DNA of 64,000 nucleotides, from NCBI RefSeq assembly GCF_006345805.1, contig NC_043020.1:27156001-27220000 (forward strand), read 5' to 3'. Below are positions 1 through 12,360 of the stretch, piece after piece. Position 1 is the stretch's first letter. Each line of letters opens with the position of its first letter. The notes beneath the pieces were generated by a model that was given only the letters and a program-made list of their open reading frames with translations, was not told the DNA's origin and made no database searches. A program made the translations under genes and the position numbers. The DNA comes from Octopus sinensis. Taxonomy: Eukaryota.

Positions 1-279
1 TATGGTCATTCAAAACCGTCCAAGGGTGGTCGTGCACATCTTTACATCTCCCCAGTCACCCTGCAAAGCCATTAAAAAATCAATAGAAGTGACTTTTTTG
101 TGAATTTTCTATTCAAAACCCAATCAAAATACCCAAAACTTGATACGCCAATTGACTGCCAGCTAGCTGTGTGTGATTGGTCAGAGATTTGGACAGTACT
201 CGCGTGTTTGTGCGCACACATGCAGCTGTATATGTATGCACTAGCACTATGACCTGGCAACGCCGGGTCATAGTGCTAG
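1..279 (+). mobile_element. Helitron 3' end (5' boundary not defined)
   Basis: Hairpin tgacctggcaacgccgggtca followed by tagtgCTAG|T at 276-280. Confidence 0.5.
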
Positions 280-892
280 TCTAGTATAAAATAGTGCAAC
301 TTTACACCAGTAAATTTGGAACATAGTGAAATCTATTGGTTGGCTTGTTTTATTGATCATAATTGTGTATAGTAAAATTACTTGCGACTCTTTGTTGTAT
401 CTGATGGCGTTACTATAATGCTGAACCCTTTCCAAAACGGATTTATGATTTGTTTGGCCTCTTAAGAAATTTTAACTTTATAAGCGTGAAAGGAAAAGAT
501 TAATAGTTATTTGTAATATATTTTTATGCAGGCGTTCCCTGATACTTGGAATGTAGTCCAAGGGTTCTCCAAGAGGGGAAAAGTTAGGGAACACTGCCTT
601 AACCCTTTAGCATTTAAAACAGCCACATCCGGTTGAAACATTCTATTTTATGCTCAAACTGGCCAAATCTGGCCTTTCACACCTACCCTACAATGTCATT
701 CTAAAACTGTACAGTCACATCATAGAATCTCAAAGGTACCAGATAATGCCTGATTAATTCAAAATAATGTGACTGCTAAAGGGTTTAGTTAAGATCACAG
801 TCTAATCTGATCCAGTATGTTGCTATTTTAAAGAGATAGGAATTTTTGCTGTTTTTCAAATGGTGTTTTATGTTTTTTTTTTTTTCTTCTAG

Positions 893-1913
893 GATATGGA
901 AAAATGGGCGAAAACATTGAACGCTCAAAAGGAGGCTATCAAAGAAGGTTTTAAGAAGACAAGTGTAAATATCATAGGCCCCATTGCTCCTATGAAACGG
1001 GTGATTGAAGAACGTGAGTCTGCAACTGCTGACGCTGGCTATGCAATCCTTGAGAAAACGGTAAGCGCTCTGGTTTAAGATTTTCTAGTGTAGACATCTT
1101 GTGTATCATTATCATCGCTATCGTTTAACATCCATCTTCCGTGCATGCATAGGTAGGCTGGTTCACAGGAGCTGGCCAGGTAGAAAAATTACCCTATGCT
1201 ACTGTATCTCTTTTGGCAGGGTTTTTACAGCTGGATGCCCTTCCTAACACCAACCTCTCTGCAGGGTGGGCTTGGTGCTTTTTATGTGGCACTAGCACAG
1301 GCAAGGTTAGTTTTGGCATCATTTTTACAGCTGGATGCCCTTCCAAATGCCAACCACTACACAAAGTGGACTTGATGCTTTTTACGTAGCACCAGCACTG
1401 GCAGGGTAACCAAGTAACTCGCAAGACAAGGGATTATGAGAGGAGCAGAGGCATTTGAGGAGGGGAACTTGTGCCAGAGAATGAAAGGTTAGAGGGTGAC
1501 AAAGAGACAGAGGCAGAAACAGGTGTCTTGCTATAACGGAGGGGGGGCATTGGAGGTGGTGACCCAGTATCAGATGATAAAAGGTTATTCATAGGAGGAT
1601 AAGGTGCACCCATCATCTTTTGGATGCACATTTTATCATCAGATCAGAATAGTTGGCCGAGTGTAAATGTGTGTGCTGTAACAGTTTCCATATTTCTCTT
1701 CTTTTCTGTCTTCGTTCTAAGCTTAATCTCTTTCCTTTAATTATTGCAGAGTAGCGGCAGAGGTCTAGAAGACAAACGGTTAATGCCCCCACCTTGTCCA
1801 ATGGTAAGTTCCTGTTGTAAACATCCTTCTTCTGCCTGCAGAGTCTTGACTGCCAAATTGCAAAGCAGATTGTAATTACTCTATACTACTGGTATTTGGT
1901 TTAGAAATACACC

Positions 1914-2001
<88 letters not shown>

Positions 2002-5000
2002 GTCAGCTTGGAATACAGATAATGGATTATGATGAAGATGTGTCTGTGTATGTTGTGTATACCTTTAAAATTATTTTGCAATGTGTCCATACTTCACCAC
2101 CACATGGTTTCAGGTTCATTTCCACTGCTTGGCACTTTCGGCAAGTGTCCTCTGTAGCCCCAGGCCAATCAAAGCCTTGTGAGTAGATATAGTAGATCAA
2201 AGCCAAAAGAAATCCATCTTGACATCACATGATAGTAGTAGTATAAGAGAAGTGAAATAGAACCTGTGTGTGTGTTTATTGTTGGCATAATGACCCTCCC
2301 AAGATACTACAAAATCTGGTTTAAAACCTGATTTTGCATCAAGAATCTTGCAGGCTAAATACAGGAGAGAAAAAATTAATTAAACTAAGTTCAGTAAGTT
2401 TTGAAAATGTGTGCATGATTGCTTTGTTGGTAAAGATTGGGTACTAATTAGCAGCCTAATAACTGGCCTCAGATTAAACATATTTGCTTGAGTGAATCAT
2501 CTTTATATATAAAATTGAAGTTGTGTGTGTGAGACTCTGTCTCCCCCGATTTAGATTCCTAACTACTCCCACATTTTGCGGTGCAGTTTAACCAAAAGCA
2601 GGTATCTTATAGTCGTCATTCATATCAAGCCATTCTGGGTATTAACGCGCATCTACGATGAGTCTACGATTTAAAAAAAAATTTACCATCATTTTTCCGC
2701 ATTTTTAATGATTTTTGCTCGGGTTATATAAGGGAAGTAAGTCTCTAAAAATGCTTATATAGTTATTTCCTTTACAAACCCGAGCAACGCCGGGCGATAC
2801 TGCTCGTTGATAATAAAGCGGGTAGGTACCACATTTACCTTCTCATAGTAGACTTTGCTTGCAGTTTGCCGTCGATATACTCTAACGGTTTTTGTTCTCT
2901 CTCTTCAGACGCCTACTGAAAAAGCAGCCGCGGCAGCTGCAGCAGCTGCCGCCGCTACTGAGGCAGTAGCAGCCAACAATCCGGCCCTTGTGGCCTCATA
3001 TGGAGGTGACAGTGATTCTGAGGACGAATCATTTGAGACAACGCCAGCCCCTGGCAATACCCAACGAACCGGTGTCCTTGATGAGGCCAAGCTGACTGAC
3101 TGGAACAAACTCGCCTGTTTGCTGTGCAAACGACAGTTTCCCAGCAAAGAGGCCCTCACAAGACACACGCAGCTCTCTGATTTACACAAGGTAAGTTTTT
3201 TTTTTTCCCCCCTTTACCAAAGCATTTTTCTCCATTGTCATTTCAGAAAATAATATATCGGCCCCATTGATGCCAACCCACCTGACATCATCACTGGTTC
3301 TGTGACTGATCATGTTTAAATTCTTAACCCTTTCATTACCAACCTGGCTGAAACTGCCTCTGGCTCTGTAGTACAGATGTCTTGTTTTCAGAAGTTTGAA
3401 TTAAAATCTTCCACCAAACCTTAGTCACAATTTATGTTCCTAACACTAGCTGAATGATAACTAAGTTATTTTACTAAATTCTTTGTTATATTTAAAATTA
3501 ATTGAAAGAAACACAGAGCATCTCAACAGAAATATGGTGACAAAAGGGTTAAAATATATAATAGAGAAACAATTCTTAATCCTTTTGATACCAACCTGGC
3601 TGAAATCACCTCAGGCTCTGTAGTACAAATGTCTTGTTTCCATAAGTTTTGAATTAAAATCTTCCACCAAACCTTAATCACAATTTATGTTCCTAACACT
3701 AGCTGAATGATAATACTAAGTTATTTTACTAAATTCTTTGTTATCTTTAAAATTAATTGAAAGAAACACAGAACATCTCAAAATAAATACAGTAACAAAA
3801 GGGTTAAAAGTCTTCCCACCATAATTTTATGAAAGAACCATTCAAGTCCCTTATGGCTATCTTCATAATAGTTTCAAAGTTTAGCACAAAGCCAGCAAGT
3901 ATGGTCGGGGGAGGTGTAGGTCAGTTACATTGACCCCAGTGCGCAACTGGTACTGCTAGCATCGACCCCCACCCCCAATCCCAAGGGATGAAAGGCAAAG
4001 TTGACCTCAGCGGAATTTGAACTCAGAATGTAGATATGGATGAAACCCCAGTACTTGGCTGGTACTTTATTTTATCAACACCCTCCCAAAATAACGAAAG
4101 GTAGAGTTTGGCAAAAGACACCAATAGAATAAGTACTAGGCTTACAAAAAATAAGCCCTGGGGGTCGATTTGTTTGACTAAAGGCGGTGCTCCAGCACGG
4201 CTATAGTCAAATGACTGAAACAAATAAAAGAATAAGGTTTTAATATCTAATATTTTAACATGAGATAGAATGGGGTTTAAACAAGCAACCTTAAGAAAAG
4301 AGACACACACAAATGTAGTCTCGTGCATAGCCATGCTAATATAGAATCACACCCACAAACACACACACACACAGTTAGATGTACACATAAATATAAACAG
4401 ATATTGACACATAGGTTACACATAACCTTTCATTATAACATACATCATCATCATTTAACGTCCGTTTTCCATGCTAGCATGGGTTGGACTGTTCGACCGG
4501 GGTCTTGTAAGCCATGAAGGCTGCACCGGGCTCCAGTCTGGTTTGGCAGTGTTTCTACAGCTGGATGCCCTTCCTAATGCCAACCACTCCGTGAGTGTAG
4601 TGGGTGCTTTTTTACGTCCCACTGGCACAGGGCCAGAGGAGGCTGGCAAACAGCCACGATTGGTTGGTGCTTTTACGTGTCACTGACACGGACGTCAGTC
4701 AGGCAGCTGCCACGTTCGGACGGTGCTTTTTATGTGTCACCGGCATGGGTATCTTAACTACAATTTCCATTTAATTTTTATTTTGATGTTGGTGTTGACG
4801 TACTTGACACAATAGGTCTCCTCGAGAACAGCGGTACATCAGAAATCATATATGTTAGTTAGTTAGTTCATTTTTTGGCTCAAAAAGCAAAAAGCAAGGC
4901 CATGTAGGGGGACATGGAGTTATGTACAGAGTGGTGTTCATGTAAAGAGTTCAGGCCACTTGAGGTCAAGGGAGACTTTGAACCGAGCGGTCGTCGGCAT

Positions 5001-6689
5001 CTTCACCATCTCGTCTGGCAGCTTATTCCACGGATTCGCAACCCGGACGGAGAAAGCCCCTCTCCGATTGAGATGAAATCGTCGCAGATATATATACACA
5101 TATACACCCATAAGGTTTACTCTCCTTTTTATTTTCCTCTTCCGTCGTTTAAAAGACATGCCAGTCGAGTACCGGTGGTGATGGTAACAGTGTGTCGTAG
5201 GGGTTACGCTTGAAATGACTTCGATGCCACCCCCTTCAGAATCTGTGGCCTTGTATGTGATGTCTATGAAATCATTGTTGTTTTTTGGGTTTTTTTTTTT
5301 TTCTTAACTGAAAGCATTGTCTGTGTTTTGTTTATTGCAGCAAAATCTTGAAGTGATGAGGAAAAAATATAGCTCTGGTGCAGCTGATGGGGATAAAAAA
5401 GGACCGGTAGGAAGGCTTTACTCTGATCTCTCCTTATTTCGTGCATGTATGTGTGTCCTAAATATATGTATGTATGCATACACGTGTGTGTGTGAGTATA
5501 TATGTGTACATACATATATATATATGTGTATGTATATGCATGTACTGTATACAAACACAAGTGTGTATATGTGCTCTATAAATTTTTTTATACATATTTC
5601 ATAGGTTTACTTCTGTTTCCTTTTAAAAGTCACAAGGTTTATTATATTAAAACTGTCAGTAGTGATTGGGCTATGGGCTGTGGCCTTATTATGTTATGCA
5701 CCACACAAACCTTAACTTTTTTTCCATTCATTTTTTAACTAAACGGAGCACTTCAGATGCAGTGGTTTCTGAACGGGCAACTGCTAGGTTTTGGCTACGA
5801 ATGTTACCCTTAGACATAAAAAATGCTTTATTACACATGTGATGATGTTGACAATGATGACGATGACCGTCATCGTTACGATGACGATCGTGATGTCTGT
5901 CAGCTGTTAAATGCTGCAACTGCATTGTTACATTGCATACGTCGAGAGTACGTAGTAGTCTGAAAAAAATAACAAAAATAAAAAAAAACTGGAGCCTTTT
6001 TTTTTTTTCACTCATTTTTTTTTTTCTTCTGTTGCCTTCCCCCCACTCCCGACGCCGCCCTTCTCCTCCTTGGATTCCGTTCTAGCTCTCTCTCTATCTA
6101 TGAGTGTTCTTACTTGCTATTGTTCCTCCCCAGTACCGTGACCGTGCTAAAGAGAGAAGGGAGAAATATGGAGCGCCATCCCCACCTGAGCCAAGGCGCA
6201 AGTTTGAGGCGCCTCTTGTGTAAGTTGCTTTTATGTATTTACAAGAATCGAGCTGTTTTAGAATGGGCACAGGCGATTTTTGCAGAAGAATGTTATTTCT
6301 GGGTGTTTGCTGTAGGGGTTTCCAGTTTTTGATCCTTGTTTTAATCCTTCACTTTAACAAACTTACGAATTTTGGTTTCATTTTCAGAATGTTTAAAATT
6401 CTAATGCTTGGATTTCTGGCTCGAAGCTCCTATCAAAAATTCTGTTTTTCTTTCGTTTAAATTTAATCTTAGCTTTAAGATCTTTTTCTCTTCTTTTTTC
6501 TTTTTTTTTTTTTTGAAATTCTAAATTGCAACATAGCAAAGATTAAATAGTTTACATGCACATAGACACACACACATATATATATGTATGTGTGTGTGTA
6601 TGTATATATATATACATGTGTATCTATATTATGTAGACGTGTGTATATCTATGTGTATATGTATATATACTTGTATATGTGCATAGATA

Positions 6690-6737
<48 letters not shown>

Positions 6738-9700
6738 TACATGTATATGTACATAGATATATATGTGTGTACATATATATTATGTATATGTACATATAAA
6801 AATGTATATATACATGTATATGTGTATATGTACATATATATATATATATGTATATGTATATGTATATATATATGTATATGTATATATATATATGTATATA
6901 TGTATATATATATATGTATATGTATATATACTTGTATGTGTACATAGATATATATGTATATATACTTGTATGTGTACATAGATATATATGTATATATACT
7001 TGTATGTGTACATAGATATATATATATATATTACATCATATGTATATGTGTATATGTATATATATGAGTATGTAGGATCAAAGAAATATAAGGAATTATA
7101 GTTGACCTTTTCATCCCCTGTCCAGTGTGTTAATCTAACGATTGTAATTTCACCACTGATTAACAAGCCACTGACCTTCATTAGCTGATCATCCTCTTTT
7201 GTGATAAAACCTATAATATATATTCACACACACAACACAGTAGAAAGCTGCACTCCATTAACTGCATTCAGCTGAACGTAGTTATCATTTTGAATGGTTA
7301 CCGAGAGATAGTTTAGTTGACCCAACGTATAAATGCACGTAGCACTGCCAAATAAGGGCATACGTATTAGTGTTATCACAGTTTTTTTTTTTTTAGGCAA
7401 ATACTTCAGTTTTTTTGTTTATTTGGGAGGGTTTTTTTTTTTTAGATAATTAAATAATTTTTTTTTTGTTTGTTTCCTTTGCTGTTCTGTAAACTTGTGG
7501 TTTTGTCTCAGAGATCATATAGCTTGCTGTCTTGGTGATTTAACTAACTCCATATTGCTAACTATTTAACCCCCCACCACCGCCGCCGCCGCCACCACCA
7601 CCACCATCGTCATCCTTGTCCGACCGTTACGACGTTAGCGTACACTCTCTTCTTTCTTTCTTTCTACCTGGAATGACACTACACTAATTAGTTTAATTAA
7701 CGTGTGCTTGGATTGGCAAAAAAAAAACCCAGAATCTTTTTGCCTCTTATAGCGTGTGTCTGGATAATCTAGTCTCTCACTCTCACTCTTTCTCTAAAAT
7801 ATAAAAATATATATATATATATATATACACGCACATAATATATATATTAATATATATGTGTGTCTGTCTGTATGTGTGCATATATGTATACGTACGTACG
7901 TCTGTCTGTATGTATGTGTCACCTTTCCTGTGTTGTAGCTACGAGGAACCAACCAAGCAAGGTATCGGAATTGATAACATTGGAAACAAACTGCTACAGA
8001 AGATGGGGTGGAGTGAGGGACAAGGTCTGGGTAAAAAAGGTCAAGGGATTGTTGCACCTATCCAGGTAAACTTAAGGCATCTCTTTCTTTCTTTCTTTCC
8101 TGCTTTTTTTTTTTTTTAATTAAAAAGATTTTTTTTTTTCTTTTTGGCATAATTGAAGACATGTTGTCTTTATATTGGCTTGCTGAAATAATTAATTGTT
8201 CTAGATATCGTTATGGTTGAATAAATAGCTGTAGCATGGGCTGATGATCCATCAGGTCGATTACAGTTATTTTTGTATCTAAGTTTTATTGTTGCTGCTG
8301 TTGCTGGTGTTTAACCCCGAGTCAGCCCTGATCAGGTCGACCTGTGACTAAAGGCATTCAAGAATTGCATACCCCTGGAATATATAATTCAGTGTGTCTT
8401 TTCACACACACACCCATGGTACTAATATGTGGTTTGGAGTAAATTTGGCTGTTATTTCTAACTGGTCAGTCTTCCTCATCATTTTTATGGCACAGGCATA
8501 ACTACGTCTCACCTTGGGCAAGTGTCTTCAGCATTGAGCAGATTTGATAGATGGAAACTGAAAGAAGCCCATTGTCTGTGTCTGTGTTTGTCCCCCACCA
8601 CTGCTTGACAACCGGTGTGGTTTTGTTTACATCCTTGTAACTTAGCAATTTGGCAAAAGATATCGATGGAACCAAGCTCAACTAAGATTCTTTGAAGCAG
8701 TGCCCCAGCATGGCCACAGCCTAACGACTGAAACAAGTAAAAGACAAAAGGCCGATGAGTTTTTTGTGTGTGTTTCTTCACTCTTTTGGGGGTCACAAAA
8801 CCTCGTAGGGAATGCTTTCCTTTCTGTTCTAAATATGCCTCAGAAAAAAAGGGATTACTTCATCAACCTACTAAACAGGATGGTCACAGCTAGATTGTCT
8901 CTGACAACAGATTTGTGTCAGTCAGTTGGTCTAGGGTTATTTATAGAAATAACAGCCAATTGCCCCATAAATCACATCGTTACCATATTGGTAAAAATTA
9001 GAAACACAATGGGTAATTTTATCCTAGGTACCCTTAAAAAAGATGGGTTGATCCTGGCTTAAATGCCCTTTGATCATAAGGCCTACTTGATCACAATTTT
9101 GACTCGGGGTTAAACAGCAGCAGTAGCCCTTCGGTGCTCCTTTTTTGCATGACAGCCTTTCAGTATTGCTCTTTACACAGAAACCGTTCATTGCTCCTTC
9201 TTCTACGGCTGCCCTTCAATGCTCCTTTTTTACACAGAAACCTTTTGGTGCTCCTCTCTATGCAGCAGCCCTTCATTGCTCCTATGTTGAGCTGTAGGGG
9301 CCATCACACTTTCGGGAGTGTGTGTGCTGTTGACTCCATATTACAGTTTGTTATACCATAACTGTAATTAATTTCCCCCCTCCCTTTTTTTTTTGTGAAT
9401 GTTTTCAAATGGGGGTGTAACCCCAAAACCACATGTACCCCAGGTATTTCATAAGTAAAAACTTTGCAACACCTGACAGATATATGAGACACCTTGTAGA
9501 AATCAAGAATTTTATGTTTCTCCTCGTCTTATCTATAACTCTCTTACTCTCTCTCTCTCTCTCTCTTACTCTCTCTCTTTCTTTCTCTCTTCCTCTCGCT
9601 CTCTCTCTTTCTTTCTCTCTTCCTCTCTTTCTGTCTTTCTTTCTCTCTCTCTCTTTCTTTCTCTCTCACTCTTGCTCTCTCTCTTTCTTTCTCTCTCTTC

Positions 9701-10090
9701 CTCTCTCTCTCTCTCTTTCTTTCTCTCTCACTCTTGCTCTCTCTCCTTCTTTCTCTCTCTTTCTTTCTCTCTCTTGCTCTCTCTCTCTCTCTCTTTCTCT
9801 ATCTCTCTTTCTCTCTTGCTTTCTCACTCTCTTCGTCTCTCACTCTCTCTTGCTCTCTCTCTCTCTCCTTTTCTCTCTCTCTCTCTCTCACACAACAGTC
9901 TCTACCTTGATAATGGTGATTCTTACATGGAAACCACCCTCTCTTCTTTTCTGTCTCGTTTCAGGCCCAACGGAGATTAGCGAGTGCGGGACTCGGTGCT
10001 CGGGGAGCAAACATTGTCTGTGATGTCAGCGACTCTTACAAAACGGCAGTGAAGAAATCCATGTTTGCACGTTACCATGAACTCGAATGA
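893..10090 (+). CDS. RBM5: RBM5/RBM10-family RNA-binding splicing regulator, 3' part (last 7 coding exons; 5' exons lie outside the window)
   Basis: GT-AG exons with consistent phases: 893-1060, 1750-1803, 2909-3190, 5341-5406, 6134-6219, 7939-8065, 9965-10090 (TGA). The spliced protein [14 protein letters not shown]...[14 protein letters not shown]...[37 protein letters not shown]...[13 protein letters not shown]...[42 protein letters not shown]...[18 protein letters not shown] shows the C2H2 finger, G-patch and C-terminus of RBM5/10. RBM5 versus RBM10 cannot be resolved (probably a single co-ortholog). Confidence 0.93.
2500..2806 (+). mobile_element. Non-autonomous Helitron
   Basis: 5' A|TCtttatatataaa; 3' hairpin cccgagcaacgccggg followed by CTCG|T (degenerate CTAG). 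Confidence 0.6.
3328..3803. mobile_element. Two adjacent piggyBac-like MITEs (3328-3548 and 3580-3803)
   Basis: TTAA-CCCTTT...AAAGGG-TTAA structure; same internal sequence as the copy at 11177-11396. Confidence 0.75.
4443..4765 (-). mobile_element. Family-C retroposon
   Basis: (cat)n tttaacgtccgttttccatgctagc... Other copies at ~12654, 13329, 29155, 43385, 48537, 56203 and 62160. Confidence 0.8.
6566..7075. repeat. (TA)/(TG) compound microsatellite in an RBM5 intron
   Basis: Direct reading; includes three ~34-bp atacttgtatgtgtacatagatatatatgtat units. Confidence 0.9.
9540..9890 (+). repeat. (CT)n-rich tract before the last RBM5 exon
   Basis: Direct reading. A similar pure (CT)n occurs at 1916-1999. 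Confidence 0.9.
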
Positions 10091-10714
10091 ACTCAACAAC
10101 ACTCATTCAATGTCTGTCCGCCATGTCATGTTCTCTCTCTCTCTCTTTTTCTCTCTTCCTTGTACATAGTTTGCTGCTATATATTCTTCACCACCAACAA
10201 TTATTTGTTCACCACCACCACCACAAACTTTTTTTTTTTTGGTCCTTTTGCTCTCGCCCTCTCCCTCTGCGTCCCAAGCTCTCACTCACTCACTCTCAGA
10301 TCTGTTGTTCCAGATATTGGGAAAAGACAGTTTTTTTTTTTTCTGTTGTTGTTTTTTTTTTTATAAAGGACGAAACAACATTATTCTCCTTTCAACCTTT
10401 TCCATCTCTTTCATCATTTACCATTTATTAAACCATCATTTCATTAAGCATAAACCAAGAGAAAAAAAAATTTTTTTCAAAAACAAAAAAAAAGTTATAA
10501 AATTTCGGAAGAAAAAAATAAAACATTTTTTGAAAAAAAAAAAATTTGATTTTCTTATATTTTGTTACTGTTTTATATCAGTCTTTTTGATTATTATTTG
10601 TTATTATTATTTTTTTTCTTTGATTGCTGACATGGGTTAGATGTATATATTACTGAGGTATTGTATTTCAGCTGGATGCTCTTCCTGTTGCTAACCCATA
10701 GCTGGATCTCTTAT

Positions 10715-11091
10715 TCCAAACATCTTCAAAGGCACAAGATGGAACCTACACTCGCCTCCTTATGAGAGCTCAAAATCTCTCATGGAAGCGTCATCCAACC
10801 AAAGTACAAATATATGGGAAACTACTACCTGTATCATCTCTTGTGAAAAGTAGGAGAGTCCAGTTTGTTGGACATTGTTGTAGAGCTGAAAACGAGGTAA
10901 CGTCTGCTCTTCTCCCCTGGAAGCCATCTGCTCGCGATACCAGAGGGCGCGCACTCTCCTACCCTGATGTAATCTCCAGGGATACAGGCATCCAGCCACA
11001 GGACCTCCGTAATGCTATGATGGACCGTGAAGTCTGGCGTAGCATGGTAAATTCCATTGTCTCGACCACGGTCGAACAATGATGATGATGT
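10715..11091 (+). mobile_element. RTE/RTE-X-type LINE 3' fragment with (TGA)n tail
   Basis: DGTYTRLLMRAQNLSWKRHPT...RRVQFVGHCCR...RGRALSYPD...AMMDREVWR*, immediately followed by tgatgatgatg. Confidence 0.75.
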
Positions 11092-11176
11092 AAGGCACAA
11101 AGCCATCAAGCAACTTGTTAACAGGGAACGAAATCACTGCTTGTGGCTGAAGGGATTTTCTAACAAGTGCAATTAA

Positions 11177-11396
11177 CCCTTTCGTTACCAACCCGGCTGA
11201 AAACGGCTCTGGCTCTGAGTACAAATATCTTGTTTTCAAAAGTTTTGAATTAATATCTTCCACCAAATGTTAGTCACAATTTATGTTCCTGACACTAGCT
11301 GAATGATAACCAAGTAATTTTACTAAATTCTTTGTTATATTTAAAGTAACTGAAAGTAACATGGAGCATCTCAAAATAAATACAGTAACGAAAGGG
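11177..11396. mobile_element. piggyBac-like MITE
   Basis: TTAA TSDs with a perfect 12-bp TIR ccctttcgttac/gtaacgaaaggg. Confidence 0.8.
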
Positions 11397-11419
11397 TTAA
11401 CACACATGAGGGAGAGAAA

Positions 11420-11862
11420 GAGACTCACTTAATGTCCATTGTCCATGTTGGCATGGGTTGGACGGTTTGACCAGAGCTGGAGAGCTGCACCAGGCTCACT
11501 GTCTGATTTAGCATGGGTTTTACAGCTGGATCCCTTCCTTTACAGAATGTGCTGGGTGCTTTTACGTGACCCCCAACAGAGGATTCTTGCAGGCCAATCC
11601 TCGTCACTAACAAGAGTGGCCATAACACTTCTGCTGTGGAATACAGGTCTTGAGTACAGCAAGGCGCCAGACAGCTCGATCCTTTGTCATCTCGTCTGAA
11701 AGTTTCATCATCCTGTGGTCATCCTTCAGCACTTTGTCCCATGTCTTCCTCGGTCTCCCTTTTCCACGTGTTCCATTTGTTTTGAGGGATCAGCACTTCT
11801 TTATGGAGCTGTTGGCATCCATCCGCATCACATGACCAAACCAGCACAGTCTTCTCTCCTCT
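11420..11862 (-). mobile_element. Second RTE-type LINE 3' fragment running into a family-C SINE-type tail
   Basis: The minus strand reads ERRLCWFGHVMRMD...GKGRPRKTWDKVLKDD...KDRAVWR, then the cagctgt...gtccaacccatg...ggacattaa tail shared with family C. Confidence 0.65.
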
Positions 11863-11884
11863 AATGTATACTAATATATGTAGT

Positions 11885-12360
11885 GGGTTGTCCAAAAAGT
11901 TTGTGCCGATCTATAGTAGCTTACCTTTCGACTTATTTTAGACCATGGTTGAGTCCATAAAATAGGATTTGACTACACCTCCATTTAGAGCACAGTTTAA
12001 GCTATCTTTTCGTGGAAGAAGGTTTATGTTCCTATAACCTGTGTTAATTCTGTAACCCTTTAAAATGGAAGATAAAGTTCATTTTCAGCACTTGATGGGA
12101 ACCAGACAAAAATTGCTGCAGCTCGGCTGGGATGTGTTACCCCACCCTCCATATTCACCAGATTTCCACTTATTCAGGTCTCTGCAGAATAGTCTTAATG
12201 GTACAAAATTCAATTCCTTGGATGACGTAAAAAGATACCTTGATGAATTCTTTGCCATGAAACCACCTCAATTTGGGGGAAGAGGGTATTTTCAAGTTAA
12301 AGGAAAGATGGAGACGCATTGTGCAACTAAATGGTTCATATTTGGTTGATTAAAAATGTA
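11885..12360 (+). mobile_element. Internally deleted mariner (Tc1/mariner) remnant
   Basis: The N-terminal MEDKVHFQH is fused directly to the C-terminal catalytic region RQKLLQLGWDVLPHPPYSPD-FHLFRSLQNSLNG..F...DDV, then a frameshifted ...ERW...NGSY. The left end resembles a TIR (gggttgtccaaaaagtt); the right TIR was not found. Confidence 0.75.

Noticed and set aside
5839-5963. Possible C/D snoRNA (GTGATGA ... CTGA) in an RBM5 intron
   Set aside because: No terminal stem, longer than typical, box C lies within a (GAT)-like run, and no target was recognised. An Rfam/snoscan run would be needed.
6584-7181. Ile/Tyr-rich ORFs here and at 22404-23048
   Set aside because: (TA)n microsatellite translations.
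10088-10400. Selenoprotein/UGA read-through for RBM5 or the WSC gene, given the nearby tRNA-Sec
   Set aside because: The RBM5 TGA falls at the family's normal C-terminus, I saw no SECIS-like element after either stop, and tRNA proximity does not imply recoding.
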